Shown piece after piece: positions 1-7,535 of a stretch of DNA of 64,000 bases. Each line of letters opens with the position of its first letter. The stretch's first letter is position 1. The notes beneath the pieces were generated by a model that worked only from the letters and a program-made list of their open reading frames with translations, was not told the origin of the DNA and searched no databases. Source of the DNA: Candidatus Woesearchaeota archaeon (lineage in GTDB: Archaea > Nanobdellota > Nanobdellia > Woesearchaeales > UBA9642); assembly GCA_041658255.1 (NCBI GenBank), contig JBBAAQ010000008.1:3442-67441 (forward strand), written 5' to 3'. The position numbers and the translations under genes are program-made.

Positions 1-641
1 GTACCATCGGGTGTATCGTAATCATTGCCATAGACTTTTACATCTTTACGCGTTCCTGCTGCAACTTCCATAACGATGGGGATGAGGTTTCCCGGATTTT
101 TTTCCTTGCCGCGGATTGTACCGTATCCTGCAGCATTAAAGTACCGGAGTGCCGCATACTGTATCTCTTTAAGTTTACTATACCATTCGAGTAGTCGCTC
201 AATTTCTAGTTTTGTAAATCCATAATAATTTTCAGGATTAAGCGGATGCTCTTCATCCATGGGGAGGTATTGCGGGCTTCCATAAACTGCGGCTGAGGAT
301 GAAAAGATGATGCGCTTGACATTATGCTCGACCATCTTTGCAAGAATATTGATTGTTCCGGAAATATTATTTCGTGAATATTTTTCTGGTTTGTGCATGC
401 TCTCGCCTGCATCCTTATGCGCTGCAAGATGGATTACGACATCAGGCTTTTTTGAGAATACTTTTTCAAGATCATCGATATGCATAATGTCGCTGATGAC
501 AAGTTCTGCACGTTGGTCGACGTTTTCTTTAAATCCTGAACTGAGATTATCAAAAACCGTAACTGTGCATCCTTCATCACAGAATTTCTTGACAACATGA
601 CCGCCGATATATCCTGCTCCGCCGATGATGAGAATGTTCAT
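1..641 (-). CDS. galE: NAD-dependent epimerase, UDP-glucose 4-epimerase-like (C-terminus off window)
   Basis: Not in the ORF track because it runs off the left edge. Manual reverse translation from the ATG at 641-639 gives MNILIIGGAGYIGGHVVKKFCDEGCTVTVFDNLS (GxxGxxG Rossmann motif). Further in it reads VISDIMHIDDLEKVFSKKPDVVIHLAAHKDAGESM, typical of GalE. Confidence 0.75.
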   Translation of the reverse strand, partial: MNILIIGGAGYIGGHVVKKFCDEGCTVTVFDNLSSGFKENVDQRAELVISDIMHIDDLEKVFSKKPDVVIHLAAHKDAGESMHKPEKYSRNNISGTINILAKMVEHNVKRIIFSSSAAVYGSPQYLPMDEEHPLNPENYYGFTKLEIERLLEWYSKLKEIQYAALRYFNAAGYGTIRGKEKNPGNLIPIVMEVAAGTRKDVKVYGNDYDTPDG

Positions 642-686
642 AGTATTCTGGAAGATGGGGGGATTTATATGTTTTAGTATTTTAGA

Positions 687-750
687 CCGGAAATTCTCTG
701 CTTCTTGTCGAAAATTATTCGAAAAATTATGCGACAGGTTTATGAAGAAG
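687..750 (+). repeat. Copy A of a ~55-64-bp intergenic element preceding a TA cassette
   Basis: ccggaaattctctgcttcttgtcgaaaattattcgaaaaattatgcgacaggtttatgaagaag aligns with the copies at 1419 and 2101. Confidence 0.7.
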
Positions 751-823
751 TTTCTATTCACTTATCTCGTGCATCACAACATTTAAATAATCCATCGTAT
801 ACTTAGATATACGGTGGTATACT

Positions 824-1063
824 ATGGGTGAAACAACGATAAAACTGCATGACGAAACAAAACTTGCACTTGATACATTCCGCGAGTATAAGAACGAGAG
901 CTATGATGAAGTAGTCGTTAAAATCGTATCAATCGCGCGTACGTGTAAATCACAGCCTGAACTTGCACAAGAAACAATTGTTGCAATTGAAAAGGCGCGT
1001 GAACGTATCAAACGCGGACAATTCGTTACTGCAAAAGATGCACGGAAGCGACTGAGACTTTGA
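824..1063 (+). CDS. Putative RelB-type antitoxin
   Basis: A 79-aa ORF directly upstream of a RelE-like toxin. Its C-terminal tail ETIVAIEKARERIKRGQFVTAKDARKRLRL resembles archaeal RelB tails. A TATA-like tttaaata lies at 782-789. Confidence 0.5.
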   Translation: MGETTIKLHDETKLALDTFREYKNESYDEVVVKIVSIARTCKSQPELAQETIVAIEKARERIKRGQFVTAKDARKRLRL

Positions 1064-1154
1064 GTTGTCAAGAACTGCAAATTAGATCTAGCATCGCGCA
1101 GTTCTTGATCATGATCATAAATCGCTTTATTTGTTATGTTATCGAGGGCGATTT

Positions 1155-1406
1155 ATGACATATGAAATCATTTTTGATACTGTGGCAATCGATTATGTGA
1201 ATACATTCGAAGTACATTTGCGTAGACGTATCTACGAGAAAGTTCTATCTACTGCAACTAATCCCTTCAGATATTTTATTCGTCTTGAGGGACGTGCAGA
1301 TTATAAATTACGTGTTGGCCATTATCGTGTGATTGCTGATATTGATCAATCGATGAAAAGAATTTCTGTAACATTGATTGGACATCGAAGAAATGTCTAT
1401 AAATAA
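1155..1406 (+). CDS. RelE/ParE-family toxin
   Basis: MTYEIIF...YKLRVGHYRVIADIDQSMKRISVTLIGHRRNVYK is a typical RelE C-terminus. The start was moved from the non-ATG start at 1131 to the ATG at 1155. Confidence 0.7.
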   Translation: MTYEIIFDTVAIDYVNTFEVHLRRRIYEKVLSTATNPFRYFIRLEGRADYKLRVGHYRVIADIDQSMKRISVTLIGHRRNVYK

Positions 1407-1418
1407 ATAAGCAAAAAT

Positions 1419-1482
1419 CCGCAAATCTTCTGTTTTCTGCCGTAAACTTTGCGAAAAATTATGCAATAGATTTATGAAGAAC
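1419..1482 (+). repeat. Copy B of the intergenic element
   Basis: ccgcaaatcttctgttttctgccgtaaactttgcgaaaaattatgcaatagatttatgaagaac starts 13 bp after the RelE stop codon. Confidence 0.7.
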
Positions 1483-1550
1483 TGCTGCTTCCTTTACTCA
1501 TGGAAAACTATATAAATACAAACTCACTCGATATCACTCAAGGTGATACC

Positions 1551-1817
1551 ATGACACAAATTAGTTTTCGCGCAGATATTAATGAATACACAAGCAGAGT
1601 TCTTGGTGTAGTAAAAGAGAAGTATGGTCTCCGTTCAAAATCTGAAGCATTGGATAAATTTGCAGAAATGTTCGGCGAGAAATTTGTTGAACTTGAAATA
1701 CGTGAAGAGATTATTGAAGAGGTCGTACGTAAACACGCCGCACATCTTAAGAAATATCCTCATCGAAAAATGACGCTGCAAGAACTTCATAAATTGCTCG
1801 GGAAGAAAGATGTTTGA
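1551..1817 (+). CDS. Putative antitoxin (DUF2683-like N-terminus)
   Basis: MTQISFRADINEYTSRVLGVVKEKYGLRSKSEALDKF. It overlaps the downstream RelE-like gene by 8 nt. TATA tatataaata lies at ~1510, so the ATG at 1551 is preferred over 1500. Confidence 0.5.
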   Translation: MTQISFRADINEYTSRVLGVVKEKYGLRSKSEALDKFAEMFGEKFVELEIREEIIEEVVRKHAAHLKKYPHRKMTLQELHKLLGKKDV

Positions 1818-2094
1818 CTTTGATATGGATGAGGAATTGCGCGTGCAATTACGCAAACTTGCAAGAAAAGATCCTGTATTACGTGAGGCAGTGTTCAAAA
1901 AAGTTTCTGAAATCATCTCTCGAGATAAACAAACGATTGCGGCATACAAAAATCTCCGCCATGACCTTCATCAGTATAAACGCGTACATATTACGGCGCA
2001 GTATATCCTCATCTTCAGTGTCGATACTGCGCAGAACATGATCCATTTTATTGAACTTGGTCATCGTGATCGTGTCTATAAAAAGAAGTCTTGA
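1810..2094 (+). CDS. RelE/StbE-family toxin
   Basis: A 94-aa ORF ending in HFIELGHRDRVYKKK, overlapping the upstream antitoxin. Confidence 0.6.
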   Translation: MFDFDMDEELRVQLRKLARKDPVLREAVFKKVSEIISRDKQTIAAYKNLRHDLHQYKRVHITAQYILIFSVDTAQNMIHFIELGHRDRVYKKKS

Positions 2095-2100
2095 CACTAT

Positions 2101-2154
2101 CCGTAAATCTTCTATTCTCGACCGGAAATCCTTCGAAAAATCTTGCGATGCGTT
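2101..2154 (+). repeat. Copy C of the intergenic element
   Basis: ccgtaaatcttctattctcgaccggaaatccttcgaaaaatcttgcgatgcgtt starts 7 bp after the toxin stop codon. Confidence 0.65.
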
Positions 2155-2210
2155 AATTAAGGAGTATGTATTCTCTTTTCTTGATACAATCTTTGTATCG
2201 GAGAATAAAA

Positions 2211-2453
2211 ATGGGATTAACACAAAAACGTGAAGAACACCTGAAGAAGATGCCGATAATCGAGAGTAAGATTACGACGAGCAAGAATGGGAGATTTCTT
2301 ATCCACCGGACAATTCTTACCCATATCATGCCCATCGATTATTATCGCGCAGTCCTTGCAAACACCGTCAAAGTTGTCGAAGAAGACCTTTCTGACGACG
2401 AGATTTCAGAAATCATCAAGGAAGGACGCGAATATCTGAAAGCAGGAGAATAA
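2211..2453 (+). CDS. Hypothetical protein
   Basis: An 80-aa ORF (MGLTQKREEHLKK...) with no recognisable motif. Confidence 0.3.
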   Translation: MGLTQKREEHLKKMPIIESKITTSKNGRFLIHRTILTHIMPIDYYRAVLANTVKVVEEDLSDDEISEIIKEGREYLKAGE

Positions 2454-2461
2454 GCTACTGT

Positions 2462-2770
2462 TTATGTTTTTAGTGCAGTTTTTATTTTTTCTTTTATTAT
2501 TTTTATGAGTTCTTCGTCCATATAGGAATAGCAATCCATAATATTGAGACAGAGAATCCTTTTTTTAAGGTATAGTTTTGGAAATCGCTCTGAAATAATT
2601 TTGCGTTGAAAATCTTCCATCACAAAAATAATATCTGCCCATTCCACCTGTTTTTCAGTAACGAGGTTTTGATATAATCCTGCGTAATCGGTATTGTATT
2701 CATTTGCAAGAATTTCTGCTGCAGTCCTACTGCGATGTTTTCCAAGATTACAGATAAAGAGGAGGTTCAT
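2462..2770 (-). CDS. Low-molecular-weight phosphotyrosine phosphatase-like protein
   Basis: The N-terminal sequence MNLLFICNLGKHRSRTAAEIL contains the C-X5-R-S P-loop of LMW-PTP and ArsC-type phosphatases. Confidence 0.55.
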   Translation of the reverse strand: MNLLFICNLGKHRSRTAAEILANEYNTDYAGLYQNLVTEKQVEWADIIFVMEDFQRKIISERFPKLYLKKRILCLNIMDCYSYMDEELIKIIKEKIKTALKT

Positions 2771-2774
2771 ACGA

Positions 2775-3131
2775 TTAGGCGTATAATGCGGGGCTTGATT
2801 CTGTTAATCGCGGTACGAGAATAGGTGTTGTCATTCGATCGCGGGATAGAAATATGAGTAAGATTTTTATGATAAAAAAATTGTGCTTATTGATGATTTC
2901 TATTTGACATTCTTTAATATCTCCAAGAGAAATGCTGCCCGATTTTTCAAAACTGAGTTCTTTTAATAATTTTGTGGCATCGAGCAATTCAATTCCCGTG
3001 ACTTCCTTTTTTCCATTATAGTCAATAATCATATCATTAACTTCTACACTTGCTTTTGATTTCGATTTTGGATCGTAGAGAAATAAACTATCATTTTCTT
3101 TATCATAATCAAATTTGAATTTGCGAAACAT
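2775..3131 (-). CDS. DUF2283-like protein (putative antitoxin partner)
   Basis: FDYDKENDSLFLYD...VTGIELLDA matches the DUF2283 pattern. It lies immediately downstream of a DUF4258-like gene, with a 1-nt gap. Confidence 0.5.
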   Translation of the reverse strand: MFRKFKFDYDKENDSLFLYDPKSKSKASVEVNDMIIDYNGKKEVTGIELLDATKLLKELSFEKSGSISLGDIKECQIEIINKHNFFIIKILLIFLSRDRMTTPILVPRLTESSPALYA

Positions 3132-3132
3132 G

Positions 3133-3456
3133 TTATTTCCTCAGGAGTATCTTTTTTTCAACAATATGTTGCCATCTGCGATTAATTTTAACAACAGTTA
3201 TGATGACAATGTTCTTTTCGATTGCAAGGATATATCGGTGGCAGAGATTTTTGCTATAATCAAAATAACAATCAAATTTCTGCTTCTCTTTACGTATAGC
3301 ATATACTAATCGCTTCGGGTTTAAAATGTTTTCTATAACTTCGTTTTCAGATATCTGCCGCTGAATCATTCGAATATGTGCATGCGGTGTGATAATAATT
3401 TGTTCTCGGCGAAATGGTTTAAGTAGCGTGATAAGTTCATCTTTGCAATTCATCAT
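3133..3456 (-). CDS. DUF4258-like toxin
   Basis: ITPHAHIRMIQRQISENEVIENIL matches the DUF4258 signature (HAxxRMxxRxIS). Confidence 0.5.
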   Translation of the reverse strand: MMNCKDELITLLKPFRREQIIITPHAHIRMIQRQISENEVIENILNPKRLVYAIRKEKQKFDCYFDYSKNLCHRYILAIEKNIVIITVVKINRRWQHIVEKKILLRK

Positions 3457-3513
3457 AGAGAAAAACCGTTATACTTTAAATGTGTTATGCGCACTTGACC
3501 AGTGTGTATAGTG

Positions 3514-3537
3514 AAAAGAAAAGGTGGACAGCGAACC
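3514..3537. repeat. 24-bp duplicate of the 3' end and flank of 5S rRNA gene 1
   Basis: aaaagaaaaggtggacagcgaacc occurs identically at 3514-3537 and 3639-3662. Confidence 0.8.
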
Positions 3538-3646
3538 TCGGATAAGGCAATTGCCTTATGAGCTTTCTTTCCAGTATGGCATACTTCGTAGCCATACGAT
3601 AATGTTTGTATTTGTTTTACTATGTAGAATGAATAATAAAAGAAAA

Positions 3647-3762
3647 GGTGGACAGCGAACCAAGGTTCCCAATCGGAGATCAGTACAACTTGGAACGTGA
3701 GGTTTCTTAACTTCCGAGTTCGAAATGGGATCGGGTGTAACCAACCTGCTATGACCGTCCAG
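3647..3762 (-). rRNA. 5S rRNA (copy 1)
   Basis: The reverse complement reads GGACGGTCATAGCAGGTTGGTTACACCCGATCCCATTTCGAACTCGGAAGTTAAGAAACCTCACG...GGTTCGCTGTCCACC. The conserved 5S loop and helix core is present, and the 5' and 3' ends pair as helix I. Ends are accurate to a few nt. Confidence 0.9.
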
Positions 3763-3783
3763 ATAAAAGGGAATAAAATAACA

Positions 3784-3791
3784 TTTATAAA
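3784..3791. promoter_or_regulatory. Palindromic TATA box (TTTATAAA) between 5S copy 1 and the GT2 gene
   Basis: It lies 22 bp from the 5S 5' end on the minus side and 30 bp from the GT2 ATG on the plus side. Confidence 0.5.
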
Positions 3792-3820
3792 TCTTGTGGT
3801 TTACCTCTTCGTAGGGGACT

Positions 3821-4504
3821 ATGAATACTAAAAACATTTTTATTGTTATTGCCGCATATAATGAGGGCAGAAGCATAAAGCATGTTCTTTCAGGATTAAA
3901 AAAAGCAGGATACAAAAATATTGTGGTTGTTGATGATGGAAGCCGCGACAATACCTTTGATATTATTTCTCAAGAAGGCATATTTGCACTCCGCCACGTG
4001 GTTAATCGTGGACAGGGTGCAGCTTTGAAGACAGGCATAGAATTTGCACTCCGCAATGGCGCAAAATATATTGTCACCTTTGACGCTGACGGGCAGCATC
4101 GTGTCGAGGATTTACCTGCGATGATCCGGCCAGTGATGAATGGTGCGTGTGAGGTAACACTCGGAAGCCGTTTTTTACGGAAAGTAGAAATGCCGTGGTT
4201 TCGCAGATTCACCCTCAAAATTGCGATTCTCGTCATCTGGATATTTTATGGTGTTAAAATGACTGACGCGCATAACGGATTTCGGGTGATGTCGCGAAAA
4301 GCTGCGCAGCAGATTACTATTACTTCTGATCGTATGGAACATGCCTCGCAGATTGTTGAAGAGATCAATAAAAAGAAAATCAGATATAAAGAAATCCCGG
4401 TCGTTATTCAGTATACGCAATATACGCTGCAACATGGTACGGGAAGCTTCTTGCAGGCAATCAAAGTATTTACGCGTATGATTTTGAGAAGGATAATACA
4501 TTAA
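3821..4504 (+). CDS. GT2-family glycosyltransferase (polyprenyl-phosphate sugar synthase-like, soluble)
   Basis: IVIAAYNEGRSI...VVDDGSRDNT...TFDADGQH are GT-A DxD-type motifs. Confidence 0.8.
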   Translation: MNTKNIFIVIAAYNEGRSIKHVLSGLKKAGYKNIVVVDDGSRDNTFDIISQEGIFALRHVVNRGQGAALKTGIEFALRNGAKYIVTFDADGQHRVEDLPAMIRPVMNGACEVTLGSRFLRKVEMPWFRRFTLKIAILVIWIFYGVKMTDAHNGFRVMSRKAAQQITITSDRMEHASQIVEEINKKKIRYKEIPVVIQYTQYTLQHGTGSFLQAIKVFTRMILRRIIH

Positions 4505-4514
4505 AGGTCATGTG

Positions 4515-4967
4515 ATGAAATATACTGAATCTGAAACTGTGGAATTGAAGAAATCTACTGCAGAATTAAAAGAAGCGATTATTAATGCGTTTTGTCACAG
4601 AGATTATTGGGGTGGTGATTCAGTAGATATCGCTATATTTAAGGATTGTAAGGATACTCGTATTACTGTTACGTTTACTTATATTGGAGAAAACTTTTTT
4701 GTTGAAATGAACGATACTACCCAAAAGACTACCCAAAAGACTACCCAAAAGACTACCCAAAATCAGTTGAATGCGGTACAATTACACATTCTTTCATTGC
4801 TCAAAGATGATCCTTCAATTACTCGGGGGGAAATTGCAAAAAAAATAGGAACAATAACCTCTGATGGAGTAAAATATCATCTTAATCTTTTACAAAAAAA
4901 CAAGATTATTAAACGAACCGGCGGAAGAAAACAAGGAGTATGGAACATACTAAAGGTGAAACCATGA
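4515..4967 (+). CDS. Collapsed AlbA_2/HATPase_c_4/wHTH regulator-family protein (probably a decayed gene)
   Basis: It reads YTESETVELKKS (AlbA_2 start), then directly AIINAFCHRDYW (ATPase-like region), then a (TTQK)x3.5 linker and a wHTH tail. Proteins of this family are typically several hundred aa (from memory), whereas this ORF is 150 aa. Confidence 0.45.
   Translation: MKYTESETVELKKSTAELKEAIINAFCHRDYWGGDSVDIAIFKDCKDTRITVTFTYIGENFFVEMNDTTQKTTQKTTQKTTQNQLNAVQLHILSLLKDDPSITRGEIAKKIGTITSDGVKYHLNLLQKNKIIKRTGGRKQGVWNILKVKP
4716..4763 (+). repeat. 12-bp tandem repeat, actacccaaaag x4 (last unit imperfect)
   Basis: Read directly. It encodes TTQKTTQKTTQKTTQN. Confidence 0.9.
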
Positions 4968-5305
4968 TATCAATAATTCAGATTGTAATGATTATTTTTG
5001 CGCTCTTTGCATGGAGCAGGGCATTTGTCCGCTTGCGCGATAAGGATGTTGGTCTTAGAGAATTTGCGTTTTGGAGTATTATTTGGGTCGCAGTCATTGT
5101 ATTTGCACTTGACCCCGGGATTCTTGGAGGAGTATCGTCCATTGTCGGTATCGGGCGTGCAGTTGACCTTGCAGTATATGTCAGTATCATCGTATTGTTT
5201 TATCTCTTGTTCCGGATGTATGTACGCATGGATAGACAGAATCAGGAATTGACTACACTCGTACGGGAGATAGCGATAAAGAACGGGAAAAAGAAGAAGA
5301 AATAA
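4964..5305 (+). CDS. DUF2304-like small membrane protein (GT2-associated)
   Basis: MISIIQIVMIIFALFAWSRAFVRLRDK..., about 3 TM segments and a basic tail. An ATGA overlap links it to the upstream ORF. Confidence 0.5.
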   Translation: MISIIQIVMIIFALFAWSRAFVRLRDKDVGLREFAFWSIIWVAVIVFALDPGILGGVSSIVGIGRAVDLAVYVSIIVLFYLLFRMYVRMDRQNQELTTLVREIAIKNGKKKKK

Positions 5306-5369
5306 ATTTATGTATTGCGTCTGCAGAGTATCACAACATTTATAAACAATCCTATTTATAGGAGTGATT

Positions 5370-6023
5370 ATGCCTAAAAATAGGATTAATCTATCGCGCA
5401 AGGATTATGAAATAATCCTCCCTTTTATTAAAGAGCCGTGGAGCAAATATACATTCAAGGATATCAAGCGAATCTCTGGTAAACGTTCTGAAAGTTATGT
5501 GTATACCACTCTTAAAAAATATGTTAAGGAAGATGCGTTAATTGAGGAGAAAGTGGGCAATACACTCATTTATAGGGTTAATTTTGAACAATATTCGGCG
5601 CTGAGTTATTTTGGTTTTATTGCTGAACAATTCGCATGGAATTCTAAACAATTGCCTCATGATACGATTAAAAAAATTTTATCAAAGATTTCAGCAGCCT
5701 ATTTTACTTGTATCATAACAGGAAGTTATGCATCCCAGAAACAGCGCAGTGATTCTGACCTTGACATTGTTATTATCTGCGATGATACGCAGGATACAAA
5801 AAATTTACTCGCACGGATACATTATACCTGCGAGCTCTCAATCCCGCACGTTCATCCATATATTTTTAAGCGATCAGAATTCATAGAAATGCTTCTCAAT
5901 AATCACGCAAATTATGGCAAAGAAATTGTGAAGAATAACTTACTGCTATTTGGCGGGTCATATTATTTTAAGATGATGGGTGAGGTGATGCAACATGGAT
6001 TTAATGATACGAATCTATCTTGA
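5370..6023 (+). CDS. wHTH plus minimal nucleotidyltransferase (MNT-like) protein
   Basis: GSYASQKQRSDSDLDIVIICDD carries the GS...DxD nucleotidyltransferase motif. It is a paralogue of the ORF at 34330-34929. Confidence 0.6.
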   Translation: MPKNRINLSRKDYEIILPFIKEPWSKYTFKDIKRISGKRSESYVYTTLKKYVKEDALIEEKVGNTLIYRVNFEQYSALSYFGFIAEQFAWNSKQLPHDTIKKILSKISAAYFTCIITGSYASQKQRSDSDLDIVIICDDTQDTKNLLARIHYTCELSIPHVHPYIFKRSEFIEMLLNNHANYGKEIVKNNLLLFGGSYYFKMMGEVMQHGFNDTNLS

Positions 6024-6096
6024 ACGGGCTCAAAATGAGATTATTATTGCAGATGCATTAACGCGATTAAGCGAAGATATCTTTCGGGATTCATGA
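5995..6096 (+). pseudogene. Truncated HEPN-like ORF (33 codons)
   Basis: Manual translation gives MDLMIRIYLERAQNEIIIADALTRLSEDIFRDS*. It overlaps the MNT 3' end as cognate HEPN genes do, but stops after ~33 aa where the convergent gene begins. Confidence 0.35.
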
Positions 6097-6309
6097 TTAA
6101 TTTCTGATTTTTTTTATGGCTTGCGTTATTTCTTCTTTTGTGATTACTTTTTTTCCTTTGATTTCAGATATTCGTGCAGCAGTATTTATTAAGTTATTTA
6201 TCTCTTTAGCAATTATTATTTCTATTTCTTTTATTGTTTCATCATTAGCCTTAAAATGCTTCTTTTTAATTATTTTTCGTATTTTAAATCGAATTAATAA
6301 ATTAGTCAT
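6097..6309 (-). CDS. DUF1931-like histone-fold protein
   Basis: The pattern FKANDETIKEIEIIIAKEINNLINTAARISEIKGKKVITKEEI resembles DUF1931 and histone-fold proteins. Confidence 0.4.
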   Translation of the reverse strand: MTNLLIRFKIRKIIKKKHFKANDETIKEIEIIIAKEINNLINTAARISEIKGKKVITKEEITQAIKKIRN

Positions 6310-6334
6310 TTTATTGTCTTTAACGGCTTTTTTA

Positions 6335-6859
6335 CTAATGTATTAGTATATATCTTTTTTTGAATAATACGGCGTTTATTTTAAATGCTTCGTCGAATAT
6401 TTCTTCATAAGCAGTATCTGCAATAAACGTCCCATCAGTAATCCATTCACCATATTTTTCTACTAAGCCTTTATTTTTTTTTCCACGAAATAAGGTTGTT
6501 ATCTTGACTTTTTGCTTATTGTCCATGTTTTTCATACTATACGTGTATAAAATTTTGCTCTCGAAGCGAAATATTTCTGAGAACTTTTTATTATTTAGGA
6601 TACTATATCCTTCGCGAATTAGCGTATTTATTAATGTTATAGGCTTGACAAAGAAATCTTCAATAGTAATAATACTTATATGGTATCCTGTGAGGTTTAT
6701 CTCTAAATCTTTGTTCGTAGTGATTATTGCAACATCTATGTCTGAAGGATTTATTTTGCCTTTAACCGCGGATCCGAATATGATGATATCTATGATATCT
6801 ATATTTTTTACAAATTTTTTAAAATCATTTCTTATTTTTGATGATAGTTCTGATTTCAT
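6335..6859 (-). CDS. Nucleotidyltransferase-domain protein (MNT-like)
   Basis: IIIFGSAVKGKINPSDIDVAII carries the GS-x9-DxD motif. Confidence 0.65.
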   Translation of the reverse strand: MKSELSSKIRNDFKKFVKNIDIIDIIIFGSAVKGKINPSDIDVAIITTNKDLEINLTGYHISIITIEDFFVKPITLINTLIREGYSILNNKKFSEIFRFESKILYTYSMKNMDNKQKVKITTLFRGKKNKGLVEKYGEWITDGTFIADTAYEEIFDEAFKINAVLFKKRYILIH

Positions 6860-7157
6860 ATGAATATGTTTTAATACTAATGGCGTCTTTTTGTTCTAAT
6901 CTTAAATTATATGAATCAACATATTTTTTAAATAAATTGGAGACCTTCAAATAAATATCCGGAAAATATTTTTTTAATAATGAAAATCGGTCATTATGAT
7001 TTTTAGGTAAAATGCGTATCTCTTTATAGATGAGATAGTCGCAAGATATCACTATTGCTTTGAAGAAATCCGAAGCCGCCGCATTGAATCTATTTTTCTT
7101 TAAATTTTCTTCGCCCGATTCGATGAATTCTGCAATATTATCTAATAATTCTTTCAT
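6825..7157 (-). CDS. HEPN-domain protein
   Basis: A 110-aa helical protein (FNAAASDFFKAIVISCDYLIY...) that overlaps the downstream MNT gene by 35 nt. Confidence 0.5.
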   Translation of the reverse strand: MKELLDNIAEFIESGEENLKKNRFNAAASDFFKAIVISCDYLIYKEIRILPKNHNDRFSLLKKYFPDIYLKVSNLFKKYVDSYNLRLEQKDAISIKTYSYEIRTIIKNKK

Positions 7158-7313
7158 AATACGTTAGTAATTACTCTCTATTTTTAAACTTTTTGCTAAT
7201 GCATTAGTTTTCCATCAAAAAATTAATAAACTACTATCAGTGTATTTGTTTAACTGCCCTACGAACATAACGATGAACTCGGTTGCGAAGGCGAGAAATT
7301 AAAAGATAAGGGT

Positions 7314-7535
7314 GTGAAGGCTACCCCCCAAGCTACCCCCCAAGCTACTGCAATGGAACAAAAGATCATAAATGAAATGATACGTAATCCAAAAATATCC
7401 CGATCGGCTATTGCAAAAAAATTAGGCGTATCACCCGATACAGTCAAAGAATATTTATCCCGCTTAAAACAAAAAAAAATTATTGAACGCATAGGCATTA
7501 CAAGCAGCGGATACTGGAATGTGATTAAAAAATGA
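7314..7535 (+). CDS. Small wHTH protein, a C-terminal remnant of the same regulator family as 4515-4967
   Basis: ISRSAIAKKLGVSPDTVKEYLSRLKQKKIIERIGITSSGYWNVIKK is parallel to the tail of the 4515 ORF. It is preceded by an ATPQATPQ repeat. The first ATG is at 7353, since the track start is GTG. Confidence 0.45.
   Translation: MKATPQATPQATAMEQKIINEMIRNPKISRSAIAKKLGVSPDTVKEYLSRLKQKKIIERIGITSSGYWNVIKK
7320..7348 (+). repeat. 12-bp tandem repeat, gctaccccccaa x2.4
   Basis: Read directly. Confidence 0.85.

Noticed and set aside
687-2154. Calling the three spacer repeats canonical integron attC sites.
   Set aside because: I could not find conserved R''/R' core sites (RYYYAAC...GTTRRRY). The imperfect inverted symmetry in copy A is not kept in copies B and C. 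No intI gene is in the window. The repeats are kept as a finding, but the attC label is not supported.
3556-3951. A 131-aa ORF on the minus strand spanning 5S rRNA gene 1.
   Set aside because: It overlaps the 5S gene, its promoter and the start of the GT2 gene. It is explained by the rRNA and is not coding.
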